From Caecitellus pseudoparvulus (lineage: Eukaryota; Protista; Bigyra: Bicosoecida): a stretch of DNA of 64,000 nt. The stretch spans positions 496,001 through 560,000 of the forward strand of contig CBFFRQ010000018.1 of the NCBI GenBank assembly GCA_965644315.1. Reading direction: 5' to 3'. Shown here one piece after another: positions 12,707 through 24,040 of the stretch. A program made the position numbers and the translations under genes. Under the pieces are notes generated by a model that was not told the origin of the DNA, made no database searches, and saw only the letters and a list, made by a program, of their open reading frames with translations. Position 1 is the stretch's first letter, and the number at the start of each line of letters is the position of its first letter.

Positions 12707-15700
12707 TCAGTTGCGGCGGTCCGTGACGAAGGCGCCGAAGGAGCGCAGCATGATCTTCGCGAAGGAGTCAGGGACGACGTGGTCCAGCTCTGCCCAGGCC
12801 ACCTCCACCATGTCCTCCGCCTGGCGCCGGGAGTCCTCGATGGCGTTCACCTTGGTGAGGGTGTCGATGACAGCCTTCACTGCCGCCGCCTCGGACTCGA
12901 TCTTGTCCTTGCCGCCAGGCACGGCGCCAATGCGCTTGATCTCAGTCCACAGCGCCTGCATGGCGGGCTTGTCCAGGGCCTTGATGGCCTTCACCACGGG
13001 GAAGGTGGCCTTGCCGTCGTAGATGTCCTCCCCCACCACCTTCAGCGTCATGCCCTTGGTCTTGTCCGCCTCCGTCGTGGACAGCCCCTCCAAGTTCAGC
13101 ACGTCGTCCATGATCTGGAACGCCACGCCCACCGCCTCGAAGTACCGCCCGACGGCCTCGATCTGCTCCTCGCTGCCGCCCCCCGCCAGGGCGCCCATGC
13201 GGGCGAGGCAGCCAGCAGGCACGGCAGTCTTCAGGCGGTGCACCGCCAGCAGGCGCTTCTCGGGCAACTCAGCGTCCCCCGTCTCAATGCACTCGTCCAT
13301 GATGTAGCCGAGGCCGTGGATGTCCAGGGCCTGGCCGCCGTGCCCGCCGCGCAGGGCGCCGAAGAAGTAATCGTACACCCGGCGCATGGTGGCGTCCGAC
13401 AGCTTCTCGCTCTGCAGCATCTGCTGCGACATGAAGTAGGCGGCCGTGCCGGAGTTGATGGCGACTTCGTTGCCGTACTTCAGGTGCACGCACTCCACGC
13501 CGCGGCGCAGCTGGGACTCGTCCTGGATGTCGTCGATGATGAGGGACCCCACGTGCATGAACTCGGGCATGGACAGCCACTGGCGGTAGTCGCGGCAGTC
13601 GCCGCCGACCACCTCCATGCACGCCAGTGCGCCGTAGCTGCGCCAGGACTTGCCGCCGACGTCGGTGATGTGGCGCACGGGCTTGATGATGCCCTCCTCG
13701 ATGACGGACATGTCCACATCGTCCATGAAGTGCCGGGTGGAGGGGGACGCCAGCAGCATCATGCCCTGCTCGGCGGTGGGGTTGTCAGGGTACACCTCCC
13801 GCACAGCCTGCCGGGTGGCGGCGCCCACGCGCTTGAAGAAGCCAGACAGGTCGCTGAGGGGCGTGAAGCCGTTGCACTCCACGAACCCGAGGCCAGTGGT
13901 GGGCTTGCCGTCGAAGGTGCCTGCGACATCCATGCGCCCCTCCCAGAAGCCGGGCTTGGCGATGAGGGTGACGCACTCCTGGTCGGGGAAGGGGGATGTC
14001 AGCTGCAGGTCGATGCCCATGCTGGGCATGACGATGCGGTACTGTGTGGGGTACTCGTTGAAGGTGCGGACAGAGGTCCACAGGTTCTCGCGCTGGAAGT
14101 GCAGGTCCTTGGGGGTGTGCCGGACACCCTTGGGGTCCACCACGATGGCTCGCAGCTCCATCACCTTCAGGTCAGGGGAGCGCGGGTCCACCAGGGATGC
14201 CACGCTGATGTCCCAGCCGTTGTCCAGCTGCACAGCAGCCCAGTCCCACGCGTACTCCATGGGGATGCTCTCGTCGTCGGGCTTGCGGTAGCCGCCGAAC
14301 TCGTGGTCGTACCAGCCAGACCCAGAGGCGACAGCACGGCGGGTGCCGTCGATGGTGAATGTGCCCGTCAGCTCGCAGCGGGGGATGAGGTAGTAGAACA
14401 TGTCATCTGCGTCGTGGCCCTTGACGACGCCGTTGAGGCCGTGGCGCACAGCGGGCTTGGAGGGCGTCAGGGTGAAGTCGATGCCGGTCTGGCCGTCCAG
14501 GCTGGTGGCCCACAGCTTGTAGCTGCCGCCCGCCTTGCGGACGGAGGCGGCCTGGAAGTCCACGCCGAAGGTCTTGGTGCCCACCTTGGGGTCCGCCTCG
14601 AACATGCGGTCGGGCAGCGGCACGTTGCCGCGGTCCAGGATCTCAATGTACGCCCGTCGCAGACGTGAGTCCTTCATGACGCGCTCGTCTCGCAGCTGCT
14701 GGCGGATCATGGAGGGGGACGCCTTGTCCAGCAGCACTGTGGGGATGTACTTCTTGGCGCCGACGTCTGTGAGGGCCCAGTTCAGGGCATGGGCGTACTG
14801 GCGCTCGCCCGTCTTGGCGTCGAAGCTGCGCAGCACACGGAAGAACGCGACGAAGGCGGAGAACTTGTTGCCGCCGGCGTCCTCGAAGTGCGTGTTGTAG
14901 TACCACCACTCGGTGTATGAGGAGGGGTGGGGCAGGTCGTGCACGGCCAGGTCGATGGCGCCGACGCTGGCGGGCCAGTCAGCGCGCTCTGTGGGCATGC
15001 TGAAGGATTGGAACTCGGTCGTGCCAGCGACGCGGGCGCCGACAGACAGCAGGTCCACCAGGTACGCATCCAGCATGCTGGTGGTCAGCGACACGTAGTC
15101 GGCAACGGAGGGGGAGGCGGCTGCCGCCTCCTGCAGCGCTGCGCGCCCGGGCGCGTCCGTGGCCTCGTGCATGCGGTCTGTGCCTGGGCGCACGATTGGG
15201 TGGTCCTCGGTGGGCCCCACGGCGCCGCCGCCCTGCTTGCTCTCCACTTCCGAGGACGCAGCAACGTCTGCCGCAGCCACCTTAGGCAGCGCCCCCACAG
15301 TGGGGGGGGATGCGCAAGTGAACCAGGCGTGCTTGGGCAAGCTCACAGCATCAGCCGCTGAGAGGGCGCCAATCCGCTCCAGGTCGTTGTGCAGCAGTTC
15401 GAAGTCGGCATGGGAGCGCCAGACAGAGGTGGAAGCTCCACCCTCGCGAGTGGCCGTCACCTTGAACACCTGTGCACGGCGGCCGCGGGGTGTGCAGAGG
15501 CGCGGAGGCGGCGAGACGACAGCTGGCGTGCTTCGCGTTCAGCTGCTGCACTGCACTTGCGCTGGCGTGCCTCGCAAAGGCGCTGCAACGCTGTCAGGGC
15601 GCCCAGCACGCACCACAATGCCGTCACCAGCAATCTTGGCATCATTCACAGACACGGATGTGATTGCCGAGGACAGGGTCTTCTCTTCTTCGGAGTAGTG

Positions 15701-15730
15701 CGTCCTGTGCCAGGCGCGCAAGCGGAACAT
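12707..15730 (-). CDS. Fusion protein: PX-like domain + CrtC/AttH (lipocalin-like) domain + trans-isoprenyl diphosphate synthase (GGPPS-like). The start may lie further upstream (about 16035)
   Basis: PX-like VFKVTAT...VWRSHADFELLHNDL...SLPK...LDAYLVDLL. AttH/CrtC motifs HP...TEWWYYN, GWYDHEFG, WDWAAVQLDNG and FWEG. IPPS motifs GGKSWR, FARM LIIDDIQD, RRG, GQALD, KT, SARM FQIMDDVLN and EDIYDGK. Confidence 0.85.
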
Positions 15731-16296
15731 GAGTGAGACCGCTCAGGGTGTGCTGGGGAAGGGTAGGCACGCCACACGAGACAGTGGAGCAGCTGGGGAG
15801 CACGCGGCCGTGAGGCCACTTCGAAGCGGTGCAGATATGGCCACTAGGCAACGCCAGAAGGCGCTTTGGGCACGGTGAGATGTCTGGTTGGCGGGGCGTG
15901 TCACGCCCCAGCGCATCTTCACACCAGCGCCCCCGCAACCAACCGCGGGTCACTGGCACAGGTGCACAACACGCCGAACAGTGTGCACACGTACTGCTTG
16001 CTTTCCACGGCGCCGGATCCGGTTGCAGCAGCCATGCTGAGCGTGTGAGGCGGTGGCTGCGACGAGTGCGGAAATCGCTTCACTTCAGCCCTGGCGGGGA
16101 GACAGGTCAGGTCGAGCTGCGCGGGGAGATCCCTTGGCAAACCAAGGCATACTCAGCGGGGGATGAGGGTGAGTGGAGCGAGTTGCTGGCACGGCCGCAT
16201 TGCTGCAGGCGCCTGAACCCCCCCCCCTCTGATCATGGCCAACCCCCCCTCTCCACAGCCAGTCGTCGAAGGTGCATTGCGCGGGCAGGCGCTGGC

Positions 16297-19200
16297 TCAC
16301 ACAGCAGAAACCTCAGCATACAGCGTCGCACCACTGGGCGTGGCCTTGACCTGGGCGATGTGGGCCAGGATGTTGCGGAAGTGCGTGGCCACCGCGTCCT
16401 TCTCAGCGCCAGACGGCATGGCAGCCAAGTTCTCCTGCACCAGGGCGATGTTGTGGTTGATGTGCGTCGCGGTGACTGTGGGCACGCGGCGCTCGAAGAA
16501 GTACACGTAGGCGTCGAAGATGCGCACGAAGAGGTCGTTGCTAGCCGGCATGTACTCGTCTGCGATTTTCAGAGCACGCTTGAGGCACTGCAGCACGCCG
16601 GCTGGCGCCTGGTACGCCTCCACCCCAGTCGCCTTGGAGCCGGGCACCCAGAACAGGTGTGCGGCGCGCAGCACGGCCAGGACTTGGTCTGGCTTGCGCA
16701 GCAGCTTGGTGGAGCTCTGCGTGGCCCGCGTGATGAGGCTCTCGTAACTCTCCTGCGCCATGCCAGCCTCCTTGCAAGCGTGCAAGGCGCCGACGATGGT
16801 GCGCAGGCACTGCACCTGCACCCGGGACTCGGCGATGTCCTCGTACAGCACGAAGGACTGGGAGGCGAAGTCGTACGCGAAGCCTGTGCTGGAGGCCACC
16901 ACGGCTGCCTGCATGCTGAGGTACAGAGCTTTGACTGGCTGCCGCGTGGAGCCCAGCGCGTGGCACGTCTGATGCACGAACTTAAACGCGCCCTTGAGAG
17001 ACGCCAGTGCAGCGGCGCCCTCTGCAGACAGATCACCCTCGCCTGCCTCGGCGCGTGCCGCCACCACAGTGGGCTTCAGCCGCTTGCACAGGGCCAAGGC
17101 CGCCATCACGACGGGCGGCAGCGTGAACTGCACCCGCGCCGCTCCTCCGTACCCAAAGTGCTTGCGCATGCAGGACAGGGCGGCGAAGGTAGCTGCCGGC
17201 TCCATGCTCTTCACTGGCATGCAGTGCACCAGGCGAGCCATGTTGGTCTGCTCCGCCACGAAGTCCTCAGACAGCGCAGCCGTACCGGCACCCTCTGCAT
17301 CCCCTGCTGTGGACGGGATACCCTCGGGGTCCCGCACAATAGGCGCCAGGGCAGACAGCAGCTGCTCCACGGCCTCTTCGGAGTCCAGCTGCACGGGCGG
17401 AGCGGCCTGCGCCCCACTGGGCGTCGTCGGGTCCTCCCCCAGCGCCGTCAGCAGCAGCTTGTTCGCGATGGCACGGCGGTGCGTGTAGGCGAGGGGGCGC
17501 ATGAGCGTGCCGTAGGAGGGCAGGGCCAGTGCCTCCCGCAGGGGCAGCGCTGCGTGGATGCTGCCGTACAGCCCCTCCACTGCGAAGGAGGCGTTGGCGT
17601 CAATGGTGGCCTCAGAGGCGGCCAGGGCAGCCCCTGTCCCCGCCAGCACCGCGTCGATGTGCCCTGCGTTGCCCTTGTACGCAGCAGTGGCCAGGCCCAG
17701 CAGGGCCTCGAACAGCTGCACGATGGTGAGCGGCTCCAGGGGGCTCTCAGAGTCGGCCCGGTCCCCCACCAGGCGCTGCAGGTACGCGAAGAAGGTGTTG
17801 AAGACGGGTATGGCTGCCGGGATGACGGCGGGGGCGGAGGAGGGGGCCGTGTTGGAGTACCGCACGCCCTTGCCGTCGATGCCGCCCTCCCCGCGGTCTG
17901 TGTGGGCGGGTTTGGGAGCAGCGTCGTCGGCCGCGGGCGGGGCGGCGGGTGGCGCCACCTCCCCCTCCTCCCCGGACCCTGGCGCCGGGGGTGCCGCAGC
18001 AGCCGTGCCCTCGGAAGGCAGCTTGGCGCCCTCCGGTACTGGTGCCTCAGGGTTGAAGGTGTCCTCGCCCAGGGCCAGCTGGTCGTAGAACCCCAGCCCT
18101 GCCGCCGCCTCGGTGGCAGCTTGCATGTCTGCGGCCTCACGAGCGCCGAGAGCAGGCGCGTCGGACTCCCGGCTAATGGCGTCCGTGATGCGGGAGATGT
18201 GCCCCGAGATGACCTTGTGGCAGTCCACACTCGCCTCGCAGGCCAGGACGGTGCGCAGGTAGGGGATGAGGGTGCACACGGAGAAGGTGGGGGGGAAGCA
18301 CTGTGTGATGGAGTCCAGCAGGAACTCCTGTGCCAGGCGGTCCCCACACGCCTGCACCTGCAGCAGCAGCTCAGGCAGCACGTTGGTGGCGAAGGTGTGC
18401 AGGCTGAGGCCCTGCAAGGAGCCGATGCGGCCGACGGCAGTTGCGACGACGGCGCGGATCTCCCGGCGCTCCTTTTCCCGGCGCTTGGTGCTGCGGTGCT
18501 CCTTGCTGTGCTGCATGCGCACCCACAGCTTGTTCATCTCCACAAAGATGGTCATGACGAACTTCAGGGCGTCGTCGGGGCCCCCCCCCTCTCCGGCGTA
18601 CTCAGACCCCTCCTCCGGCAGCTTGTCCTCGCACTTCTGCAGCATGTAGTACCGCAGGAACAGGCCCCGTGTCGGGTGCTGCACGCCCTTGGCCATCTCC
18701 AGCAAGTCCACCAGAATGTCCTTCACTGGCAGCTCCCGGCTCTTGATGAACACGGACGCCACAGTGACCATGAGGTACAGTCGGGTCAGGACGTTGCCAG
18801 CATGCTGCACCATCTCGTACAGGTCGCGCACGGGCGTGCCGCTCGCTGCCACGGACTCGAAGAAAAGCTCCAGGAACAGCAGGTGGTCGAACACTCGGTG
18901 GTCTGTGCAGGGGCCAGCGGGCCAGAGTGCAGCGCACAGACAGGCAGGCAAGCCCAAGCGCTGGCCACGTACACAGGTCAAAGTAGGTGCGGGGAGACAG
19001 CTTGCTGGCGCGCAGCTCCTGCAACATGGCACTGGCATGCTTCAGGGCGTCCTTCAGGTTGTTCTTGTCCTGTGCAGGCGACAGGAGTCCCGTGCGGCTC
19101 CAGCCAGCTCGGCGCCCCAGCGCAGGCACACCCAGTGCCCCACGCCGCACGCAAGATGCCACGCACCACTGCCACCTTCATGTGGGAGGCTTGAATTTCC

Positions 19201-19433
19201 ACATGCTCCACTGCAGCGGCCTGCGAATCCGGAAAGCGGCACCCGTGCCGCACTGCAAGGCCGCCTTGCCCTCGCAGGGAAAAGCACTGCACCAGCACAC
19301 ACCAGCAGTTGTGCCTGCTCCTCCCTGTACGACAGCTGCGATGGGCGGGGAGAGGCGGGTGCAACAGCATCGCAGCAATGTGCTTCACAGTCCAACACAC
19401 TTTGGGGGCTTGCCCCGCATCTGCGCTTGCCAT
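16297..19433 (-). CDS. VPS35: Retromer subunit VPS35, multi-exon
   Basis: DALKHASAMLQELR.SKLSPRTYFDL, LYEMVQHAGNVLTRLYL, KGVQHPTRGLFLRYY, FVEMNKLWVRMQH, KLLRKPDQ and VLQCLKRALKIA. Confidence 0.95.
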
Positions 19434-19791
19434 GGTGCAGGCCTCTGATGTGAGCCTGCCACCGAACCGCTGCTGCAGAGGAAATGTGCTGGCGAGGAGT
19501 AGCCTGGCGGCCCTGCGCACAGCCAAGAAGACTGTGTGGGCTCCGAAAGGGGCGACACACGGGTGAGTGAAACAGAGACTCGCCAGGTGTGAATTGCTAG
19601 CTCGCCCTGTCTCCCGCCAGCTGCGCCAGGCTGCGCCGCGGATGCAGGCGACGCTGCGCTGAAACAGCACTCACACCCTGCAAGCAGAGAGTGGCTGCGG
19701 GACACTTCCGGACTCGCGCGTTGCACCTTCAACCACAAGGCCTTGCCGCTCCTTGCAGAGCTTGGTCCTGGACTCGTCACAAGAGCCCGCC

Positions 19792-20540
19792 ATGGCTGCC
19801 GAAGAAGCCAGCACGGCAGCAGCCACCGCAGCAGCGGCGGCTGGGAGTGAACAGCCTGTTGTCGTGACTGTGGACAATGTGTCCAAGGTCCCACTGGACG
19901 CCCTGCCCACAAAGGTGAAGGCATGGGATCCCATTGGCCTGGCCATCTTCACAGAGGTGGCTGAAATCCTCATCTCTCGCTGGGGACTGCTGAAGTTCGT
20001 CATGGATGAGCAGGTAGGAACCAATTTCCGCAGGCAGCACTGCGGATAGCAGCCCTGTCCTCGCACTGCGGCACCCCTTCCCGGCCGCTGCCACACTAGA
20101 GTGCCGGAGAGAAGACACAGGAGAAGTACGACTTCATGATGGAAGACTACTTCACGAACATCAAGGAGTTCTGGGAGAAGAAGATGCCGCTGGCTTGGGA
20201 GACGACGGAGGACTACTTCATTTCAGTGCTTTCGTCCGACTTCAACGTGGACTTTGAGGATGGGACGGAAGGTGGCCTGGTGCGCATGTCCAAGCATGTC
20301 TCAGGCATGTATGAGCCCTGCAGCCAGGGTGACTTGTCGGCCGCCGTGCGCCTGTTGAAGGCAGCGGAGGATGCAGAGGTCGCGGCCGAAGAAGCAGAGG
20401 CAGCAGCGGTGCCCACCGCTGCTGCTGCGACAGATGCGCCGGCTGAGGGCGCCAGCACAGCAGCCGCTGCAGCAGACGCCCCGGCGGAGGAGGGCGACGA
20501 CGGGGGCTGGACCACTGTGACCAAGGGGACGGGGCACTAG
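19792..20540 (+). CDS. TSR2: Pre-rRNA-processing protein TSR2-like, 2 exons
   Basis: F.E....LISRWGLL, EDYFISVLSSDFNVDFEDG, MYEPCSQGD and acidic C-terminus ending DDGGWTTV. Intron GTAGGA...CTAG at about 20013-20099. Confidence 0.75.
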
Positions 20541-20594
20541 CCTCGCCCGCAAACCCCACGAAACCCCGTCAACCAATGCATGCCGCTGCGCTGC

Positions 20595-21758
20595 TCACCG
20601 ACGGCGCCTCGTCGCCTTGCGACCTGCTGCCCCACTTGGCGCAGCAGGCCGCTTCGTTCCCCGCCTGCCTCTGACTTTGATGACCTCGTTCGGGTGCCGT
20701 ACCTGCCTCCTGTGCAGCACCAGTGCGCGACGCAGCTCCCAGCCAGCCTGCGCCGCAATGGCCTTCACGCGCTTGTTCAGCGTGCGGTCCGCGGGTGCGC
20801 TGACTGCCATGGCCCGGCACACGGCCTGCACCACTGGGTCTGCCGCCAGGCTCTCTGCGTCCTGGCCAGGAGGTGGCTTCAGCATCAGCCTGCGCACAGT
20901 GTTGTCACAAGCCAGCAGAGGGCACTGGCTCATGGGCCGGAACATGAACGAGAACAGGTGGTGTGCCCGGTAAAACCGGGCTGTGCCGGCGTGGGCAGTG
21001 CGCGTGTCGCTGTAGTCCAGCTCCGGCGTCTCCGCAGCCACCGCCCAGGTGTGGGCTGTGCAGTCAGCCAGTGCGGCCTCCAGCTGCACAGGAACGCCTA
21101 GCCGAGCTGCAGTGCGCACGACGGCAGGGTGGCGGTGAGCGTGCAGCAGGAGCATGTTGTACGCTGCTAAGGCTTGCCTGTCCCGCCGGGCGACGTCCCC
21201 TGGCTCAGCAATAATAAGCCAGTCGAAGTTCATGACAGGTGCGCCAAGCCAGGCGTCTGTGGGAACATACTCTGCGCCCGTGCGACCCAGCCAGAACTGC
21301 ATGAGCTGGGTGGAGCCAAGGGAGTGCATGAAGCAGGGCCTGTGGTCTGGGTGCTGGTACGGCGCGCCCTCCTGCACCAGGCGCCGCACCACCTCGGCAC
21401 AGTGCGCCTTGCAGGCGTTGAGCAACGGCAGCTCTGGCCCGGATGTCTCCAGGCGCACCCCCACCTCCATGAGCCGCAAGGCGGCAGGCTCGTTGTGTTC
21501 GTCGATGGAATGGCGCAGTGCAGCCACTGCACCTGTGCTGGTGGGATCTGCTGCCGCCCCGTGCTCAAGAAGCCAGTCAAACACATGCATGTTTTTCCCT
21601 GACAGAGCCATGGACAGCGGGGCCAACAGCGCCACGCCAATGTCGTGGAAAGGGCCAATAACCTCCGTGTGAGCACCGCTATCCCAGGCTTCCTGTAGCC
21701 CATCCATGTCTCCAGTAAACGCAAGCCCGCCCATGTGAGCCACGATCGCTTTGTCCAT
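20595..21758 (-). CDS. Ankyrin-repeat protein (intronless)
   Basis: Repeats APLSMALSGKNMHVFDWLLEHGA, ALRHSIDEHNEPAALRLMEVGV and LPLLNACKAHCAEVVRRLVQEGA, with a C-terminal W..RR..V motif. Confidence 0.75.
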   Translation of the reverse strand: MDKAIVAHMGGLAFTGDMDGLQEAWDSGAHTEVIGPFHDIGVALLAPLSMALSGKNMHVFDWLLEHGAAADPTSTGAVAALRHSIDEHNEPAALRLMEVGVRLETSGPELPLLNACKAHCAEVVRRLVQEGAPYQHPDHRPCFMHSLGSTQLMQFWLGRTGAEYVPTDAWLGAPVMNFDWLIIAEPGDVARRDRQALAAYNMLLLHAHRHPAVVRTAARLGVPVQLEAALADCTAHTWAVAAETPELDYSDTRTAHAGTARFYRAHHLFSFMFRPMSQCPLLACDNTVRRLMLKPPPGQDAESLAADPVVQAVCRAMAVSAPADRTLNKRVKAIAAQAGWELRRALVLHRRQVRHPNEVIKVRGRRGTKRPAAPSGAAGRKATRRRR

Positions 21759-21924
21759 TCTCGCGGAAATTGATTGCACAGCCCCTTGCACAGGCTACCA
21801 AACACCGTGGTGCTAGCTCACACGACAACGAGGGGGGGGGCAAAGGGCGGCTCAGACACCACGACAGTCGGGTGCTGCAGGTTTGAGAATGCGAGAACGT
21901 GGAATGCGTGGGGGGGGGTATGGG

Positions 21925-23635
21925 TTAGTCACGCGTGGCGTCCCCCCCTCCTCGGCCTACTGCGAAGGCAGCCAGGCGCCTGTGGGCTTCTTGCAGCTGG
22001 GAGTTGTCCTTGGCAAAGCTGAATCTGGCATATGCCTTGCTCGCGTGGGCCGTGGCAGGGGAGTGGAAGGCTGAAGGGGGGATGGCCACGACCCCCGCCT
22101 CGTGCGCGAGGAATCGACAGGCCGCCCAATCCGCGGTCATGCCTCCAGGATTCGCAGGTGACGGGGGGGAGAAGTACGTGTCAGGGGTGCCCAGGCGTGA
22201 GATGTCCCCCATGACGAAAATGCCCCCGTCGGGCAGTACCGGGCAAATGCCGCCTGCACGCAAGGCATCACACAGCAGCTGTCGTTTGAACTCGTACTGT
22301 GCCCGGATGTGGTGCATGTACGTGTACGGGCCCAACGCCGCCTCGTCGTGGGTGAGGTGGGTGGGAGTGCCTCCGCTCCACGTGTCCGGGATGGCGTCGC
22401 CGTCCTCGTCGGGGTCATACGCCTGCCGTGCAGCAGCCAGCGCACTTGCCGCAGCAGCCTGCGCGGGCGTGGAGACGCAGAAGTGGATCCACTGGTTCAG
22501 CGCCTGGATACGGGAGATGAGAGGCGCATCGCCGTAGGCCCAGCCCACCTTCCATCCCGTCGCCACGAGGCTCTTGCCTGCAGAGGACACCGTCAGTGTG
22601 CGCTCCCACATGCCAGGCAGAGCGGCCAGGCGGCAGTGGTGCACTTGGGGGATCCCTGAGGCGTCTGGGACGAAATCAGGCTGTGGAGTTGTCGATAGAG
22701 ACGCCGCACTGGGTGTTGGCGAGTCCGCCGTGGATGCTGCGCAGCCGGGTGCCTGGACACGGTCCCGGCGCAGGATGTGGTGTTCGTACACCTCATCCAC
22801 CACCACCACGGCATGTGGGTGCTCTCGCACCACTGCCGCGATACCCTCCAGTTCAGCCGGGGTGAACATCTTTCCTGTCGGGTTGTGGGGCGTGTTCAGC
22901 ATCACCACGGCTGTGCGTGGGCCCATCGCCGCGCGCAGGTCCGTCGGATCCAGCGTAAACCTGCAAGCAGCTGTCCTGCCTGGGCCTCCTGAGGGATCCA
23001 CTTCGGCGTCTGCCCCGCAGCTGCTGTGGGGCTTCAGAGGCACTGGCACCACGGTCCCGCCCGCCAGCCGCACTTGGGCTGCGTAGATGTCAAATGCCGG
23101 CTCAATCACCACCACTTCGTCGCCTGGGGACACGAAAGCCTGCATCGCCGCGAACAGCGCCTGTGAAGCCCCGACAGTCACCACGACGTTCTTCTCGGCA
23201 TCTAGCTGTGGGGCACTGCCGCGCTGCGCCTTCAGAAGGGTGCTGTATTCCTCAGCCAGGAGCTGCACCAAGGGCATGGAGCCAGCGGACCGAGTGTACT
23301 GATTCGCCCCTCCATCCACTGCAGCCTTCAGCGCGCGGCGAGCAAAGTGCGGCGTGTTCCAGTCAGGAAAGCCTTGGCCCAAATTCACCGCTGCGTGGGT
23401 GTGGAAAATTCCCAGTGTGAGGCCAAGTATGGCTACCTGTGCATGCAGGCTGCGGAAATCACTTCTCACCTCCCAGCGACACGGCCAACGGCGTCATTTC
23501 AGCCCAGACTGTTGGGTGTTGAACACTCGCCACACGTTCATTGGGGAGCAAGTGAAAGGCTCTTCGGGGATTTCTTACGAGAGCGTGCCTTGCGCCGGCC
23601 CCTCTCGCCCACTGCTGCGCCAGGGCGTTTGCCAT
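21925..23635 (-). CDS. Kynurenine/glutamine aminotransferase (class I/II PLP aminotransferase, KYAT/YbdL-like), probable mitochondrial presequence, 2 exons
   Basis: PTVWAEMTPLA|AVNLGQGFPD, NQYTR, EPAFDIY, NTPHNPTGK, DEVYE, PLP lysine in SAGKSLVATGWKVGW and ARFSFAK. Confidence 0.9.
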
Positions 23636-24040
23636 GTGGTCTCCAACCGGAGCCGTGCCCTTCAACGAGCAAACAGGAGGAACTTGGCCGACTTTCGGAG
23701 TTCAAAGCGAAAGATCACCTTCATGTGGGGCTTCTGTGTGAGAGGGGTCGCGTAAATTGCTGAAAATGAGCGTTTTTCCTTGCAGTTCTCGTGAAGTGCG
23801 CCTGGTCTTGAGATCTAGTCTCTCACCCATGAGGTTTTCGGCGGTCACGTCAGCAGATCCCCTTGTGTGGGGCGCCAGGTGCCAAAGTACTCACATTCTA
23901 ACCACCACGAGGTACCCCCCTCCCCCACACGAAATCCCTCATGGCCACTCCTTGGGCGTAGCTTGCGTTCGTGTTGAGAAAAGGCCGGATCAGCGCCCTG
24001 AGCTTGGCGTGCTGGACAGACCAGTGCGGCGAAGTTGGGC

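Noticed and set aside
20595-21758. Intronless ankyrin gene as possible viral or mobile cargo
   Set aside because: There is no obvious compositional shift, terminal repeat, integrase or capsid gene nearby, and other host genes here also have very long exons.
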